Positions 8,750 to 18,189 are shown, numbered from the stretch's first letter. The stretch is DNA of 32,000 nucleotides from Rhodobacter capsulatus SB 1003 (GCF_000021865.1 NC_014034.1:2340001-2372000), one strand, 5' to 3'. A program made the numbers and translations. The notes: generated by a model not told the origin, from the letters alone.

Positions 8750-8917
8750 ATGCAGCCGATGCCCCTTCCCCATTTTCTGATGATGCTCCTTGCGGTGATC
8801 GCGGCCGCGGGGCTGACGATCTTTCTGGCGGTGCAGTCCGGGCTGTCGCTGGCGGTGCTGGGTCTGGGCGCGCTGATCGGCGCGGGCCTGATCCGGATGC
8901 TGGCGCGGGTGGAATGA
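8750..8917 (+). CDS. Small hydrophobic membrane protein, 55 aa, translationally coupled to DUF1638 (not in the ORF track)
   Basis: Hand translation gives MQPMPLPHFLMMLLAVIAAAGLTIFLAVQSGLSLAVLGLGALIGAGLIRMLARVE. GC3 is very high in this frame, whereas the overlapping 8743 frame has low GC3. GGAGA lies 7 nt upstream. The stop TGA overlaps the ATG of the next gene (ATGA at 8914-8917). Confidence 0.65.
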   Translation: MQPMPLPHFLMMLLAVIAAAGLTIFLAVQSGLSLAVLGLGALIGAGLIRMLARVE

Positions 8918-9543
8918 TCTCTGACCGCGGGCTGACCGAGGCCGGGCTGCCCCCCGAGGGACGCGGCCGCGTGCTTCTGATCGCCTGCGGGGCGCTGGCG
9001 CATGAGATCCTTGCGCTGAAAACGGTGAATGGCTGGGATCATCTGGATCTGACCTGCCTGCCCGCGAACCTGCATCTGTGGCCCGAAAGGATCACCGCGG
9101 CGGTGGTGGCGGCGGTCGAAAAGCACCGCGCCGCCTATCAGGCCATCCATGTCGTCTATGCCGATTGCGGCACCGGCGGACAGCTGGCCGAGGCCTGCGC
9201 CCGGCTTGGCGTCGCGCTGATCCCCGGGCCGCATTGCTATGCGTTCTTCGAGGGCAACGACCGCTTTGCCGCCCATGCGGACAGCGAAATCACCGCCTTT
9301 TACCTGACCGATTTTCTGGTCCGGCAGTTTGACGCCTTTGTCTGGCGGCCGATGGGCTTCGACCGGCACCCAAGCCTCATTCCGATGATGTTCGGCAATT
9401 ACGAAAAGCTGGTCTATCTGGCGCAGACCGAGGATGCGGCGCTGGAGGCCAAGGCCGCGGATTGTGCGGCCAAGCTGGGCCTTGCCTTTGAGCGGCGCTT
9501 CACCGGCTATGGCGATCTGGCGGCGGAGCTGGCGCGGATTTGA
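8914..9543 (+). CDS. DUF1638 domain protein
   Basis: Internal ATG of track ORF 8743..9543. MISDRGL...VLLIACGALAHEI...VVYADCGTGG...HCYAFF...FYLTDFL is typical DUF1638. Codon bias supports the start at 8914. Confidence 0.8.
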   Translation: MISDRGLTEAGLPPEGRGRVLLIACGALAHEILALKTVNGWDHLDLTCLPANLHLWPERITAAVVAAVEKHRAAYQAIHVVYADCGTGGQLAEACARLGVALIPGPHCYAFFEGNDRFAAHADSEITAFYLTDFLVRQFDAFVWRPMGFDRHPSLIPMMFGNYEKLVYLAQTEDAALEAKAADCAAKLGLAFERRFTGYGDLAAELARI

Positions 9544-9776
9544 CCGCCCCGGTTTCGGGCGGATCAGGAAAGGCACTGCCTTTCCCCGCCCGACCGCGCG
9601 CCGCGTGCCGCCGGGCCGTCATCCCCAAGCGCACCAGAGGCCGGCGCCCGTCCCGGCGGGCGAGAAGCGCCCGCCATGGGCGGGGCGGGCGCTGGCCGGC
9701 GGCCTTTGGGCCGCGGCCGGACAGGGGGAGATGTCGCGCAGGGCCTCGGCGATGGCCTCGGCCGGAACAGGTCCCC

Positions 9777-10667
9777 TCAGCTCAGCAGATACTCCACCGG
9801 CGCCAGCGGCTCGGGCGCCGCTTCGCCCAGATGCGGGGCCAGGCTGATCTCCATCGCGCGGCAGATCGCATCCAGCGGCAGCGCATTCGGCGCCGTCCCG
9901 AACGGATGCGACATTTCCTCGGACACTTCGGCCAGCCCCAGAAACACATAGGCGACGATCGCCACGATCACCGGCGTCAGCCAGCCCGCCGCCGCAAACA
10001 GCGCGACCGGCAGCAGCAGGCAATAAATGTAGATCGTGCGATAGATCAGCAGCGAATAGACAAAGGGCAAGGGCGTGCCCGCGATGCGTTCGTTCCCCGC
10101 CTGCGCCAGCGTGATCGCGGCCAGCCGCTGCGACAGCGCCCGCGCCCCGAAGCCGTCGAGGCCGTCGTCGCGATGCGCCGCCGCCAGCCGCGCCGTCAGC
10201 CGGTCCAGCGCCGCACAGGGCGGATTGGGCGTGCCCGCCAGATCGGGCGCATGGCGCAGCGCCTCGGGGTCGGCCGCGATCTCGCGCAGCCGCGCCCGGT
10301 GCAGATGCGCAAAGGCCAGCGCATCGCGCAGCACCGCGGCGCGCAGGACGGGATCGGCGATGAACAGCTCGGCCTCGCGCGCCAGCATCCGCAGATCGGC
10401 GAGCAATCCCCCCCAGAGCTTGCGCGCCTCCCACCAGCGTTCGTAAGCGGCGTTGTTGCGAAAGCCCAGAAACAGCGACAGGGCAAGACCAAAGACCGTC
10501 ACCGCCACCGGATCGACCACCGGCAGCACCTCGAAGCGCAGCCCAAGCCCGGTCAGCAGCGTCGCCGCCACCGCGACGACCGCCACCGGCCGCACCACCG
10601 CGGGCACGATCGAGCCCTTGAGCGCGAAGGCAAGATCAAGGGGGCTGGGCTTGTCGCGCAGGATCAT
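9777..10667 (-). CDS. Bestrophin-family (UPF0187/YneE) ion channel
   Basis: ATG at 10665-10667 with an AAGGA RBS, inside track ORF 9777..11261. 296 aa with the motif FRNNAAYERWWEARKLWG. Confidence 0.85.
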   Translation of the reverse strand: MILRDKPSPLDLAFALKGSIVPAVVRPVAVVAVAATLLTGLGLRFEVLPVVDPVAVTVFGLALSLFLGFRNNAAYERWWEARKLWGGLLADLRMLAREAELFIADPVLRAAVLRDALAFAHLHRARLREIAADPEALRHAPDLAGTPNPPCAALDRLTARLAAAHRDDGLDGFGARALSQRLAAITLAQAGNERIAGTPLPFVYSLLIYRTIYIYCLLLPVALFAAAGWLTPVIVAIVAYVFLGLAEVSEEMSHPFGTAPNALPLDAICRAMEISLAPHLGEAAPEPLAPVEYLLS

Positions 10668-10866
10668 CGGCTGTCCTTTCAAGGCTTTGCCCTTCTTGGG
10701 CCGCATCGCCCCCGCGGCGCAAGACCACGCCCCGTCACGGCGCCGCACGAATGCGCGAGCCCGCGCCTTTGCCCAAATCCTGAGCAGAGGCGATTGATTT
10801 GCCGCCCGTCGTTCCTTATACCGCGGGCGTCCGGCCGGACCGGCGCCGCCACGACGCGAGGAACGC

Positions 10867-11559
10867 ATGACCGACACCCCCCGTTTCCGCGACGGTGCCC
10901 TGGCCGCCATCCCCTTGATCCTGGGGTATTTTCCCATCGCCTTTTCCTTCGGCGTCGCGGCCATCCGCGCAGGCCTCAGCCCGGCCGAGGCGGTGATGTT
11001 CTCGGGGGTGATCTTCGCGGGGGCGGCGCAGTTTCTGGCGCTGGCGCTGGTCAGCAGCGGCGCGCCCCTCCTCGTTTCGGCCGCCACCCTGGCCGCGATG
11101 AACCTGCGCCACGTGATGTATGGCCCGGCACTTCTGGAAAAGGCGGGCCCCGCCGCCAGCACGCGGTTTTCCTGGGCCTGGGGCTGGTGCCTGACCGACG
11201 AGGTCTTCGGCGCAAGCCTTGGCGCGCTTGCCCGCGGGCAGCGCTTTTCCGAGGGCTTCATCGGCGGGCTTGGCCTTGGCGCCTATCTGTCGTGGATCGC
11301 GGGCACGGCGGTCGGCGCCGCCACCGGGGGCGAGGCGCTGAAGGCCTTCCCGGCGCTGGATGCGGGGCTCGGTTTCATGCTGCCCGCCTTGTTTCTGGCG
11401 CTGCTGCTCTCGATCCTCGAGCGGCGCCAGCTTGGCCCCGTCGCCGTGGCGATCGGCGCGACGGTTCTGGGCAGCCTGACGCTCAGCCCGACGCTGGGCA
11501 TTCTGGCGGGCATCGCCGCGGGCGCCGCCACCGGAACCCTGCAGAAAGGCCGCGCATGA
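10867..11559 (+). CDS. azlC: AzlC-family branched-chain amino acid exporter subunit
   Basis: 230 aa, ...GYFPIAFSFGV...FAGAAQF... Confidence 0.85.
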   Translation: MTDTPRFRDGALAAIPLILGYFPIAFSFGVAAIRAGLSPAEAVMFSGVIFAGAAQFLALALVSSGAPLLVSAATLAAMNLRHVMYGPALLEKAGPAASTRFSWAWGWCLTDEVFGASLGALARGQRFSEGFIGGLGLGAYLSWIAGTAVGAATGGEALKAFPALDAGLGFMLPALFLALLLSILERRQLGPVAVAIGATVLGSLTLSPTLGILAGIAAGAATGTLQKGRA

Positions 11560-11894
11560 GACCCGAACTTCTCGCCCTTGCCGCGCTGACCGGCCTTGCC
11601 ACCTGGGCCTTTCGCGTCGTGCCGACGAAACTGCCGCTGACCAAGGGCGCCGCCGACGGCCCGCTGCGGCGCTTCTTTGCCGCCACCGGCCCGGCGGCGA
11701 TCGCGACGCTTTTTACCGCCTCGGTGCTGCCGATGCTGCAAAGCCCGGGCACCGCCCCCCTGCCGCTTCTTCTGGGCACGGCCGCGGTGCTGGCCGTCTG
11801 GTTTGCCCGCCGCTCGGTCGTGCTGGCGACGCTTGCGGGCGCGGCGGCCTGCGGGCTTGCCACCTTCGCCGGGCTGGGCACCCCGGGAATTTGA
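11556..11894 (+). CDS. azlD: AzlD-family small membrane subunit
   Basis: ATG at 11556 overlaps the azlC stop (ATGA). 112 aa, hydrophobic, MRPELLALAALTGLATWAFRVVP... Confidence 0.8.
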   Translation: MRPELLALAALTGLATWAFRVVPTKLPLTKGAADGPLRRFFAATGPAAIATLFTASVLPMLQSPGTAPLPLLLGTAAVLAVWFARRSVVLATLAGAAACGLATFAGLGTPGI

Positions 11895-11898
11895 TCAT
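11888..11898 (-). promoter_or_regulatory. Third copy of the ATGATCAAAT(T) motif, about 60 nt upstream of the GntR start (candidate operator)
   Basis: The reverse complement of AATTTGATCAT is ATGATCAAATT. It shares 11 nt with the site at 14119-14131. Confidence 0.45.
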
Positions 11899-11956
11899 CT
11901 TTCGCGGGGGGCAAAAACCCGCTATCCTGCCCCGGCCCGCCGCCGAAAGGATCCCC

Positions 11957-12619
11957 GTGGACAGTCATGCCCCGAAACAACCCGCGCATCTGAGCGTCTA
12001 TCGCGGCATCCGCGATCTGATCCTGTCGGGCGATCTGGCGCCGGGCCATCCGGTCACCATTCAGGGGCTGGTCTCGCGGCTGGATGCGGGCGTGACCCCG
12101 GTGCGCGAGGCGATCCGGCGGCTGACCTCGGAAGGGGCGTTGCAGTTTCACGACAACCGCCGCGTCACCGTGCCGGTGCTGCGCGTGGCGCAGGTCGACG
12201 AGCTGATCTTTGCCCGCAATGCGCTGGAGCCCGAGCTGGCGCGGCGGGGCGCCGAACGCGCCACGGCGCAAGACATCGAGACGCTGGCGGCGATCGACGC
12301 CGCCCATACCGCCGCCATCGCCACGGGCAACACGCATCACTACATGGTGCAGAACCACCGCTTTCACATGACGCTTTACGCGCTGGCGGGCACCGAGGTG
12401 ATCCTGCCCGTGGTCGAGGCGCTTTGGCTGCGCTCTGCCCCGGCGCTGCGGGTGATGTGCGGGCGCTTTGGCACCTCGAACCTGCCCGACATGCATCAGG
12501 CGGCGCTTGCGGCGATGCGGGCGCATGATCCCGCGGGCGTGGCCGAGGCGATAAGGCTTGACATCCTGCAGGGGATGGAAAACGTCCGCGAGCTGCTGAT
12601 CGAGGCGCAGCCCGGCTGA
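11957..12619 (+). CDS. GntR-family transcriptional regulator (FadR/FCD subfamily)
   Basis: Winged-HTH region (…GLVSRLDAGVTPVREAIRRLTSEGAL…) followed by a helical FCD-like C-terminus. I preferred the GTG at 11957 because of its AAGGA RBS. The track ORF begins at TTG 11891. Confidence 0.8.
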   Translation: MDSHAPKQPAHLSVYRGIRDLILSGDLAPGHPVTIQGLVSRLDAGVTPVREAIRRLTSEGALQFHDNRRVTVPVLRVAQVDELIFARNALEPELARRGAERATAQDIETLAAIDAAHTAAIATGNTHHYMVQNHRFHMTLYALAGTEVILPVVEALWLRSAPALRVMCGRFGTSNLPDMHQAALAAMRAHDPAGVAEAIRLDILQGMENVRELLIEAQPG

Positions 12620-12643
12620 GGTGCCGGGCTGCACAAGATCGCC

Positions 12644-14035
12644 TCAGGCGCTTTGGTTCAGCCCCTCGGCATTGATCCGCACCAGCGTTTCATCCAGCGA
12701 TTTCAACGCCCGCGCGATCAGGATGTCGATTTCGGCGGGGGTGATGACCAGAGGCGGCGAAATGATCATCCGGTCGCCGACATGGCGCATGACGAGGTTG
12801 TTGGCAAAGCAGCGCTCGCGGCAGATATAGCCGACCGTGCCGGATTTCGACGCGAATTTGGCCCGGGTTTCCTTGTTCGGCGTCAGCGCGATCGAGCCCA
12901 TCATGCCGACGATCTTCGCCTCGCCCACCAAGGGATGCGCCGCCAGACCTTCCCATTTCGCCTTGAGGTAAGGCGCGGTTTCCGCCGCCACGCGGGCGAC
13001 GATGCCGTCCTCGTCCAGCAGGCGCAGGTTCTCCAGCGCGACGGCGGCCGCGACCGGATGGCCCGAATAGGTGTAGCCATGCGCGAATTCATCCGAGCCG
13101 TTGATCACCGCCGCGACCCTGTCCGAGACGATCGAGGCGCCCATCGGGATGTAGCCCGAGGTCAGACCCTTGGCCACCGTCATGATGTCCGGCGTGATCC
13201 CGAAGGTCTGGCAGCCGAACCAGTTGCCGGTCCGGCCAAAGCCGGTGATGACCTCGTCGGCGATCAGCAGGATGTCGTATTGGCGGCAGATGCGCTGGAT
13301 TTCCGGCCAGTAGGTCGCGGGCGGAACGATCACGCCGCCCGCCCCCTGCACCGGCTCGCCGATGAAGGCCGCGACGTTTTCGGCGCCGATCTCCAGGATC
13401 TTTTCCTCAAGCTGACGGGCGCGGGCCAGACCGAACGCCTCGGGGGTCAGATCGCCGCCCTCCGACCACCAGTCGGGCTGGTCGATATGCACGACGCCCG
13501 GGATCGGCAGCCCGCCCTGCGCATGCATGCCCTTCATCCCGCCGAGGCTGGCCGCCCCCATGGTCGAGCCGTGATAGCCGTTCCAGCGCGAAATGATCAC
13601 ATTCTTTTCGGGCTTTTCCAGCGCCTGCCAGTAGCGCCGCACCATGCGGATGTTGGTGTCGTTCGAATCCGAGCCCGAGCCGTTGAAGAAGACATGGTTC
13701 AGATCGCCCGGGGCAAGCTCTGCCAGACGCTTCGCCAGCTGGATCGCCGGGATATGCGAGGTCTGGAAGAAGGTGTTGTAAAACGGCAGCTGGCGCATCT
13801 GCCGCGCCGCCGCCTCGACCAGCTCTTCGCGGCCATAACCGACGTTGACGCACCAGAGCCCGGCCATTCCGTCAAGGATTTCCGCGCCTTCGCTGTCGGT
13901 CACCCAGACGCCTTTCGCCTTGGTGATGATCCGCGCGCCTTTCTTCGCCAGACCGTCGCCATCGGTGAACGGGTGCATGTGATGGGCGGCGTCCAGCGCC
14001 TGCAATTCCGCGGTGGGAAGGTGATTTTCGAACAT
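12644..14035 (-). CDS. Class-III (omega) aminotransferase, SpuC-like putrescine/beta-alanine--pyruvate transaminase
   Basis: 463 aa, ...GLWCVNVGYGR...FFNGSGSDSNDT...GYHGST...LIADEVITGFGRTG...TVAKGLTSGY (PLP lysine context). Confidence 0.85.
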   Translation of the reverse strand: MFENHLPTAELQALDAAHHMHPFTDGDGLAKKGARIITKAKGVWVTDSEGAEILDGMAGLWCVNVGYGREELVEAAARQMRQLPFYNTFFQTSHIPAIQLAKRLAELAPGDLNHVFFNGSGSDSNDTNIRMVRRYWQALEKPEKNVIISRWNGYHGSTMGAASLGGMKGMHAQGGLPIPGVVHIDQPDWWSEGGDLTPEAFGLARARQLEEKILEIGAENVAAFIGEPVQGAGGVIVPPATYWPEIQRICRQYDILLIADEVITGFGRTGNWFGCQTFGITPDIMTVAKGLTSGYIPMGASIVSDRVAAVINGSDEFAHGYTYSGHPVAAAVALENLRLLDEDGIVARVAAETAPYLKAKWEGLAAHPLVGEAKIVGMMGSIALTPNKETRAKFASKSGTVGYICRERCFANNLVMRHVGDRMIISPPLVITPAEIDILIARALKSLDETLVRINAEGLNQSA

Positions 14036-14118
14036 CCTCTGTCCTTTCCGGTCTGGGTGCCGCCCTTGCGGCAGATCACGCCGGGGTGGCGCAGCCGGGC
14101 CCTCCGGCCCCTTTCGAA

Positions 14119-14131
14119 AATATGATCAAAT
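14119..14131 (+). promoter_or_regulatory. AATATGATCAAAT motif copy 1, in the aminotransferase/potA divergent region
   Basis: Exact 13-mer, repeated at 14334-14346. Confidence 0.5.
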
Positions 14132-14333
14132 TTCAGGGCAAGGTCAATCCGCTCTCTGCGCCCCCCCCGCCCGGAGCATCGATTCGAGAAAAACCCCGGT
14201 CCGCAACCACGGCGCGAGTGGCCCGCCGCGTCGCGCAGCAGCAGATGATGAAAATATGTGCGTTCGATCAAGGATTTCGCGGCGCCCGCAAGAAACCCTT
14301 GCCAGCACGGCGGATCGCCACAACACTCGACCC

Positions 14334-14346
14334 AATATGATCAAAT
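14334..14346 (+). promoter_or_regulatory. AATATGATCAAAT motif copy 2, just upstream of the potA RBS
   Basis: Exact 13-mer, identical to 14119-14131. Confidence 0.5.
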
Positions 14347-14361
14347 CCGAAAGGATCCGGC

Positions 14362-15423
14362 GTGGCAGCTCCCATCATCTCGGCGCGCAATCTGGTGAAG
14401 GCTTTCGGCACGGGCGACTTTGCGGTGCGGGCGCTTGACACGGTTTCGATCGACATCCGGCCGGGCGAATTCTTCACGCTTCTGGGCCCCTCGGGCTGCG
14501 GCAAGACGACTTTGCTGCGGCTCTTTGCGGGGTTTGAAATGCCCAGCGCCGGGACGATCCTGCTCGATGGCGAGGATGTCACCGTGCTGCCGCCGAACCG
14601 GCGCCCGATCAACACGGTGTTTCAAAGCTATGCGCTGTTTCCGCATCTGAGTGTCGCGGAAAACGTCGGTTTCGCGCTGAAGATGCAGGGCAAGCCGCGC
14701 GCCGAGATTGCCGAGACGGTGGCGAAGATGCTGGCGCTGGTGCGGCTTGAGGCGATGGCCGGGCGCAAGATCACCCAGCTCTCGGGCGGCCAGCAACAGC
14801 GGGTCGCGCTGGCGCGGGCGCTGGCCCCGCATCCCAAGGTGCTGCTGCTCGACGAGCCGCTGTCGGCGCTCGATCTCAAGCTGCGCAAGGAAATGCAGAT
14901 CGAACTCAAGCGGTTGCAGCATGAAACCGGGATCACCTTCATCTTCGTCACGCATGATCAGGAAGAGGCGCTGACGATGTCCGACCGCATCGCGGTGATG
15001 AGCGCGGGCAAGGTGCAGCAGATCGGCACGCCGAAGGAGATTTACACCCATCCGGTCAACCGCTTCGTCGCCGCCTTCATCGGCGAGACGAATTTTCTGG
15101 ATGCGGTGGGGGAAACCGGCGGCGCGCGGCTGACGACGGGCGATCTGATCGCGGTCGAGGGCGTGCTGCACGGCCCCGTCACCGTGGCGATCCGGCCCGA
15201 GCAATTGCGGCTGGTCGCGCCCGAGACCGCGGGGGCGCTGGCCGCCACGGTGCGTGATCTGGTCTATTTCGGCACCGACACGCATTGCCACATGGCGCTG
15301 TCGGATGGCACGGCGCTGACGGCGCGGCTGCAAAGCCCGGCGAGCGGCGATATCGGTCTGTCCGTCGGCGACCGGGTCGGCGTCGTGCCGATGCCCGGCG
15401 CCGCGCAGATGCTGAGGACATGA
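14362..15423 (+). CDS. potA: Spermidine/putrescine ABC transporter ATP-binding protein
   Basis: 353 aa with Walker [10 protein letters not shown], signature LSGGQQQRV and Walker [12 protein letters not shown] start with an AAGGA RBS. Confidence 0.9.
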   Translation: MAAPIISARNLVKAFGTGDFAVRALDTVSIDIRPGEFFTLLGPSGCGKTTLLRLFAGFEMPSAGTILLDGEDVTVLPPNRRPINTVFQSYALFPHLSVAENVGFALKMQGKPRAEIAETVAKMLALVRLEAMAGRKITQLSGGQQQRVALARALAPHPKVLLLDEPLSALDLKLRKEMQIELKRLQHETGITFIFVTHDQEEALTMSDRIAVMSAGKVQQIGTPKEIYTHPVNRFVAAFIGETNFLDAVGETGGARLTTGDLIAVEGVLHGPVTVAIRPEQLRLVAPETAGALAATVRDLVYFGTDTHCHMALSDGTALTARLQSPASGDIGLSVGDRVGVVPMPGAAQMLRT

Positions 15424-15424
15424 G

Positions 15425-16333
15425 ATGAGCGCCGCCGAAACCGCCCAGCGCGCCCGCACCACCCGCAACGCCTGGGCGCTGGTCACCCCGGCGCTGATCG
15501 TTCTGGCCGCCGCCGCCATCGCGCCGCTGGTGCTGGTCTTGATCTATTCCTTCCTGACGCCGGGCGATTACGGCAATGTCGTCTGGACCTTTTCGCTGGA
15601 GGGCTGGCAAAAGGTGGTGGTCGAGCGCGACATCTTTGATGACAGCCTGCATCTGGCCGAGGCGCATCTGACGATCTTCTGGCGCTCGGTCAGCCTGTCC
15701 CTTGTCACCACGGTTCTGTCCTTCTTTGCCGGCTTTCCGACCGCCTGGTTCATCGCCACAAGGCCCGCGAACCAGCGCGCCGCCTGGCTGTTCCTGATCA
15801 CCCTGCCGTTCTGGACGAACCTGCTGATCCGCACCTTCGCGATCAACCAGATCATCCGCAACGAGGGGCTTTTGAACACCATCCTTTTGAATCTGGGCGT
15901 GATTTCAACGCCCTTGCAGATGACCTATACCGAGGGGGCGCTGCTCATCGGCATGGTCTATGTCTATCTGCCGCTGATGGTGCTGCCGCTTTACGCGGCG
16001 CTGGAACGCTTCGATCTGCGGCTGCTCGAGGCCGCTTACGATCTTTACGCCTCGCGCTGGCAGGTGCTGACGCGCGTCGTGCTGCCGATTGCGCGGCCGG
16101 GCATCGTCGCGGGCTCGATCCTGGTTTTCGTGCCCTGTCTGGGCGCCTATGTGACGCCGCGCATCCTGGGCGGGGGCAAGCTGATGATGCTGGGCAATTT
16201 CATCGAGCTGCAATTCGGTCAGGGCCGGAACTGGCCCTTGGGCGCGGCGCTGTCGATCGTGCTGCTGGTGATCGTGATGGCGGCGCTGCTGATCTATGTC
16301 CGCGCGATCAACGGAGAGAAACGCCATGGCTGA
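15425..16333 (+). CDS. potB: Polyamine ABC transporter permease
   Basis: 302 aa, multi-TM, starting 2 nt after the potA stop. Confidence 0.85.
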   Translation: MSAAETAQRARTTRNAWALVTPALIVLAAAAIAPLVLVLIYSFLTPGDYGNVVWTFSLEGWQKVVVERDIFDDSLHLAEAHLTIFWRSVSLSLVTTVLSFFAGFPTAWFIATRPANQRAAWLFLITLPFWTNLLIRTFAINQIIRNEGLLNTILLNLGVISTPLQMTYTEGALLIGMVYVYLPLMVLPLYAALERFDLRLLEAAYDLYASRWQVLTRVVLPIARPGIVAGSILVFVPCLGAYVTPRILGGGKLMMLGNFIELQFGQGRNWPLGAALSIVLLVIVMAALLIYVRAINGEKRHG

Positions 16334-17132
16334 GCCCAAGCCCTTCCATGTCGCCGATCTGCCGGGCGTCGGCCCGACCGCGCTTCTGGTCTTTGCCGGG
16401 CTTTATGCGCCGATCCTGACGCTGGTCGTCTATTCCTTCAACGTCTCCCCCTCGGTCGCAACCTGGGAGGGGTTCACCTTCGAGTGGTATCTGAAGGCCT
16501 GGAGCAATGCCGCGGTGATGAATGCGGCGGCCAATTCGCTGATCGTCGCGACGCTGGCGGCGGTGCTCTCAACGGCGCTGGCGACGCTTGCAGCCCTTGG
16601 CACCACGCGGCGCCCGGCCTTTTTCGGCATCACCGCCGTTTATGCCGCGATCAACCAGCCGCTGATGGTGCCCGAGATCGTCACCGCCGTCGCCCTGCTG
16701 ATCGTCGTCGCCGCGATCAAGGCCGCCACGGGTTACGCGGGGCTGGGCTATCTGGTGATCGCCCATACCGCCTTTTGCATCCCCTTCGCCTATCTGCCGA
16801 TCCGCGCGCGGCTTGAGGGGATGGACCTGACCTTGGAAACCGCCGCCGCCGATCTTTACGCCAGCCCCTGGCAGGCCTTTCGCTTCGTCACCCTGCCCCA
16901 GCTCGCACCGGGCATTCTGGCGGGGGGCATGCTGGCCTTTGTCACCTCGCTTGATGATGTGGTGATCACCGAATTCATCAAATCGCCCGGGCAGGACACC
17001 CTGCCCACTTACATGCTCGGCCAGCTGCGCCGCGCCATGACCCCCGACATCAACGCGCTCTCGGCCGCCCTTTTGGGGCTGACGCTGGTGCTTCTGTCGG
17101 GATTTTTCCTGCTCAGCCGCCGCAAGAGCTGA
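16326..17132 (+). CDS. potC: Polyamine ABC transporter permease
   Basis: ATG at 16326 (MAEPKPF...) overlaps the potB end by 8 nt. Multi-TM. Confidence 0.85.
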   Translation: MAEPKPFHVADLPGVGPTALLVFAGLYAPILTLVVYSFNVSPSVATWEGFTFEWYLKAWSNAAVMNAAANSLIVATLAAVLSTALATLAALGTTRRPAFFGITAVYAAINQPLMVPEIVTAVALLIVVAAIKAATGYAGLGYLVIAHTAFCIPFAYLPIRARLEGMDLTLETAAADLYASPWQAFRFVTLPQLAPGILAGGMLAFVTSLDDVVITEFIKSPGQDTLPTYMLGQLRRAMTPDINALSAALLGLTLVLLSGFFLLSRRKS

Positions 17133-17163
17133 GATGAAACGACGCACCAACCGGGAGAGACCC

Positions 17164-18189
17164 ATGAAAAGACTGATCGGCGCCACCGCCCTCCTGCTGT
17201 CCAGCGCGACGCTTGCCGCCGCCGAAGGAGAGCTGTTCCTTTACAACTGGGGCAATTACACCAGCCCCGAAATGATCAAGAAGTTCGAGGACACCTACAA
17301 GGTCAAGGTCACGATCACCGATTTCGACAGCAACGACACGGCCTTGGCCAAGGTCGAGGCCGGGGCCTCGGGCTTTGATCTGGTCGTGCCCTCGGCCGGG
17401 TTCGTCGGCATCTATGCCGAAAAGGGGCTGATCGAGAAACTGGACCTGTCGCGCCTGCCCAACCACAAGAACATCGCGCCGCAGTGGAGGGATGTCGAGT
17501 GGGACAAGGGCCGGGAATGGTCGATCCCGTGGCAATGGGGCTCGACCGGGGTGTCGGTCAACACCAAGGTTTATACGGGCGACATCAACACCTCGGCCAT
17601 CTTCATGGACCCGCCGCCGGAGCTGGAGGGCAAGATCAACGTCATTCCCGAGATGGGCGACGTGATGGCGATTGCCACGATGTATGCGGGCGGCAAGGTC
17701 TGTTCGGATGATCCCGCCGTGATGAAGAAGGTCCGTGACACGCTTTTGGCGGCAAAGCCGAAGTGGCTCTCGATGGATTATTCGACCGTCGAGAAGATGA
17801 CGAACAATGACTATGCCGCGACCGTCGACTGGAACGGCTCGGCGATGCGGGCGCGGCTCGGCAATCCGGACGTGGCTTACGGCTATCCGAAGGAGGGCTA
17901 CGGCCTCTGGATGGACAATGTCGTGCTGCTCAAGGACGCGAAGAACGTCGACAATGCCTATCTGTTCCTGAACTTCATCATGGAACCGGAAAATGCCGCG
18001 ATGCTCTCGGCCTTTGCGCGCTATGCGAACGGGATCGCGGGGTCCGAGGCCTTCCTGCCCGAGGACATGAAGACCGCGCCCGAGCTGACGCCGCCCGCGG
18101 AATTTGCCGACAAGGGGCAGTTCGTGACGATCTGCACCGGCAAGGCGCTCGATTACCAGAACGCGATCTGGACCGAGCTGCAGAAGTAA
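17164..18189 (+). CDS. potD: Polyamine ABC transporter periplasmic substrate-binding protein (PotD/PotF family)
   Basis: ATG at 17164 follows GGGAGAG. Signal peptide MKRLIGATALLLSSATLAAAEG, followed by LFLYNWGNY. Confidence 0.85.
   Translation: MKRLIGATALLLSSATLAAAEGELFLYNWGNYTSPEMIKKFEDTYKVKVTITDFDSNDTALAKVEAGASGFDLVVPSAGFVGIYAEKGLIEKLDLSRLPNHKNIAPQWRDVEWDKGREWSIPWQWGSTGVSVNTKVYTGDINTSAIFMDPPPELEGKINVIPEMGDVMAIATMYAGGKVCSDDPAVMKKVRDTLLAAKPKWLSMDYSTVEKMTNNDYAATVDWNGSAMRARLGNPDVAYGYPKEGYGLWMDNVVLLKDAKNVDNAYLFLNFIMEPENAAMLSAFARYANGIAGSEAFLPEDMKTAPELTPPAEFADKGQFVTICTGKALDYQNAIWTELQK

Noticed and set aside
9586-9776. A possible small gene in the 230-nt gap between DUF1638 and the bestrophin stop. 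One minus-strand frame has high GC3.
   Set aside because: No start codon is available downstream of the bestrophin stop in that frame. The peptide is Pro/Ala/Gly low-complexity. The region is better explained by the two terminator-like hairpins (9544-9562 and 9567-9585) plus GC-rich spacer.
14086-14340. 84-aa ORF (or 73 aa from ATG 14122) in the aminotransferase/potA intergenic region, starting and ending inside the two 13-mer motifs
   Set aside because: GC3 is clearly lower than in the neighbouring genes. The sequence is basic and low-complexity with no recognisable family, and there is no RBS. The ATG and TGA are part of the repeated motif, so the ORF boundaries look coincidental.
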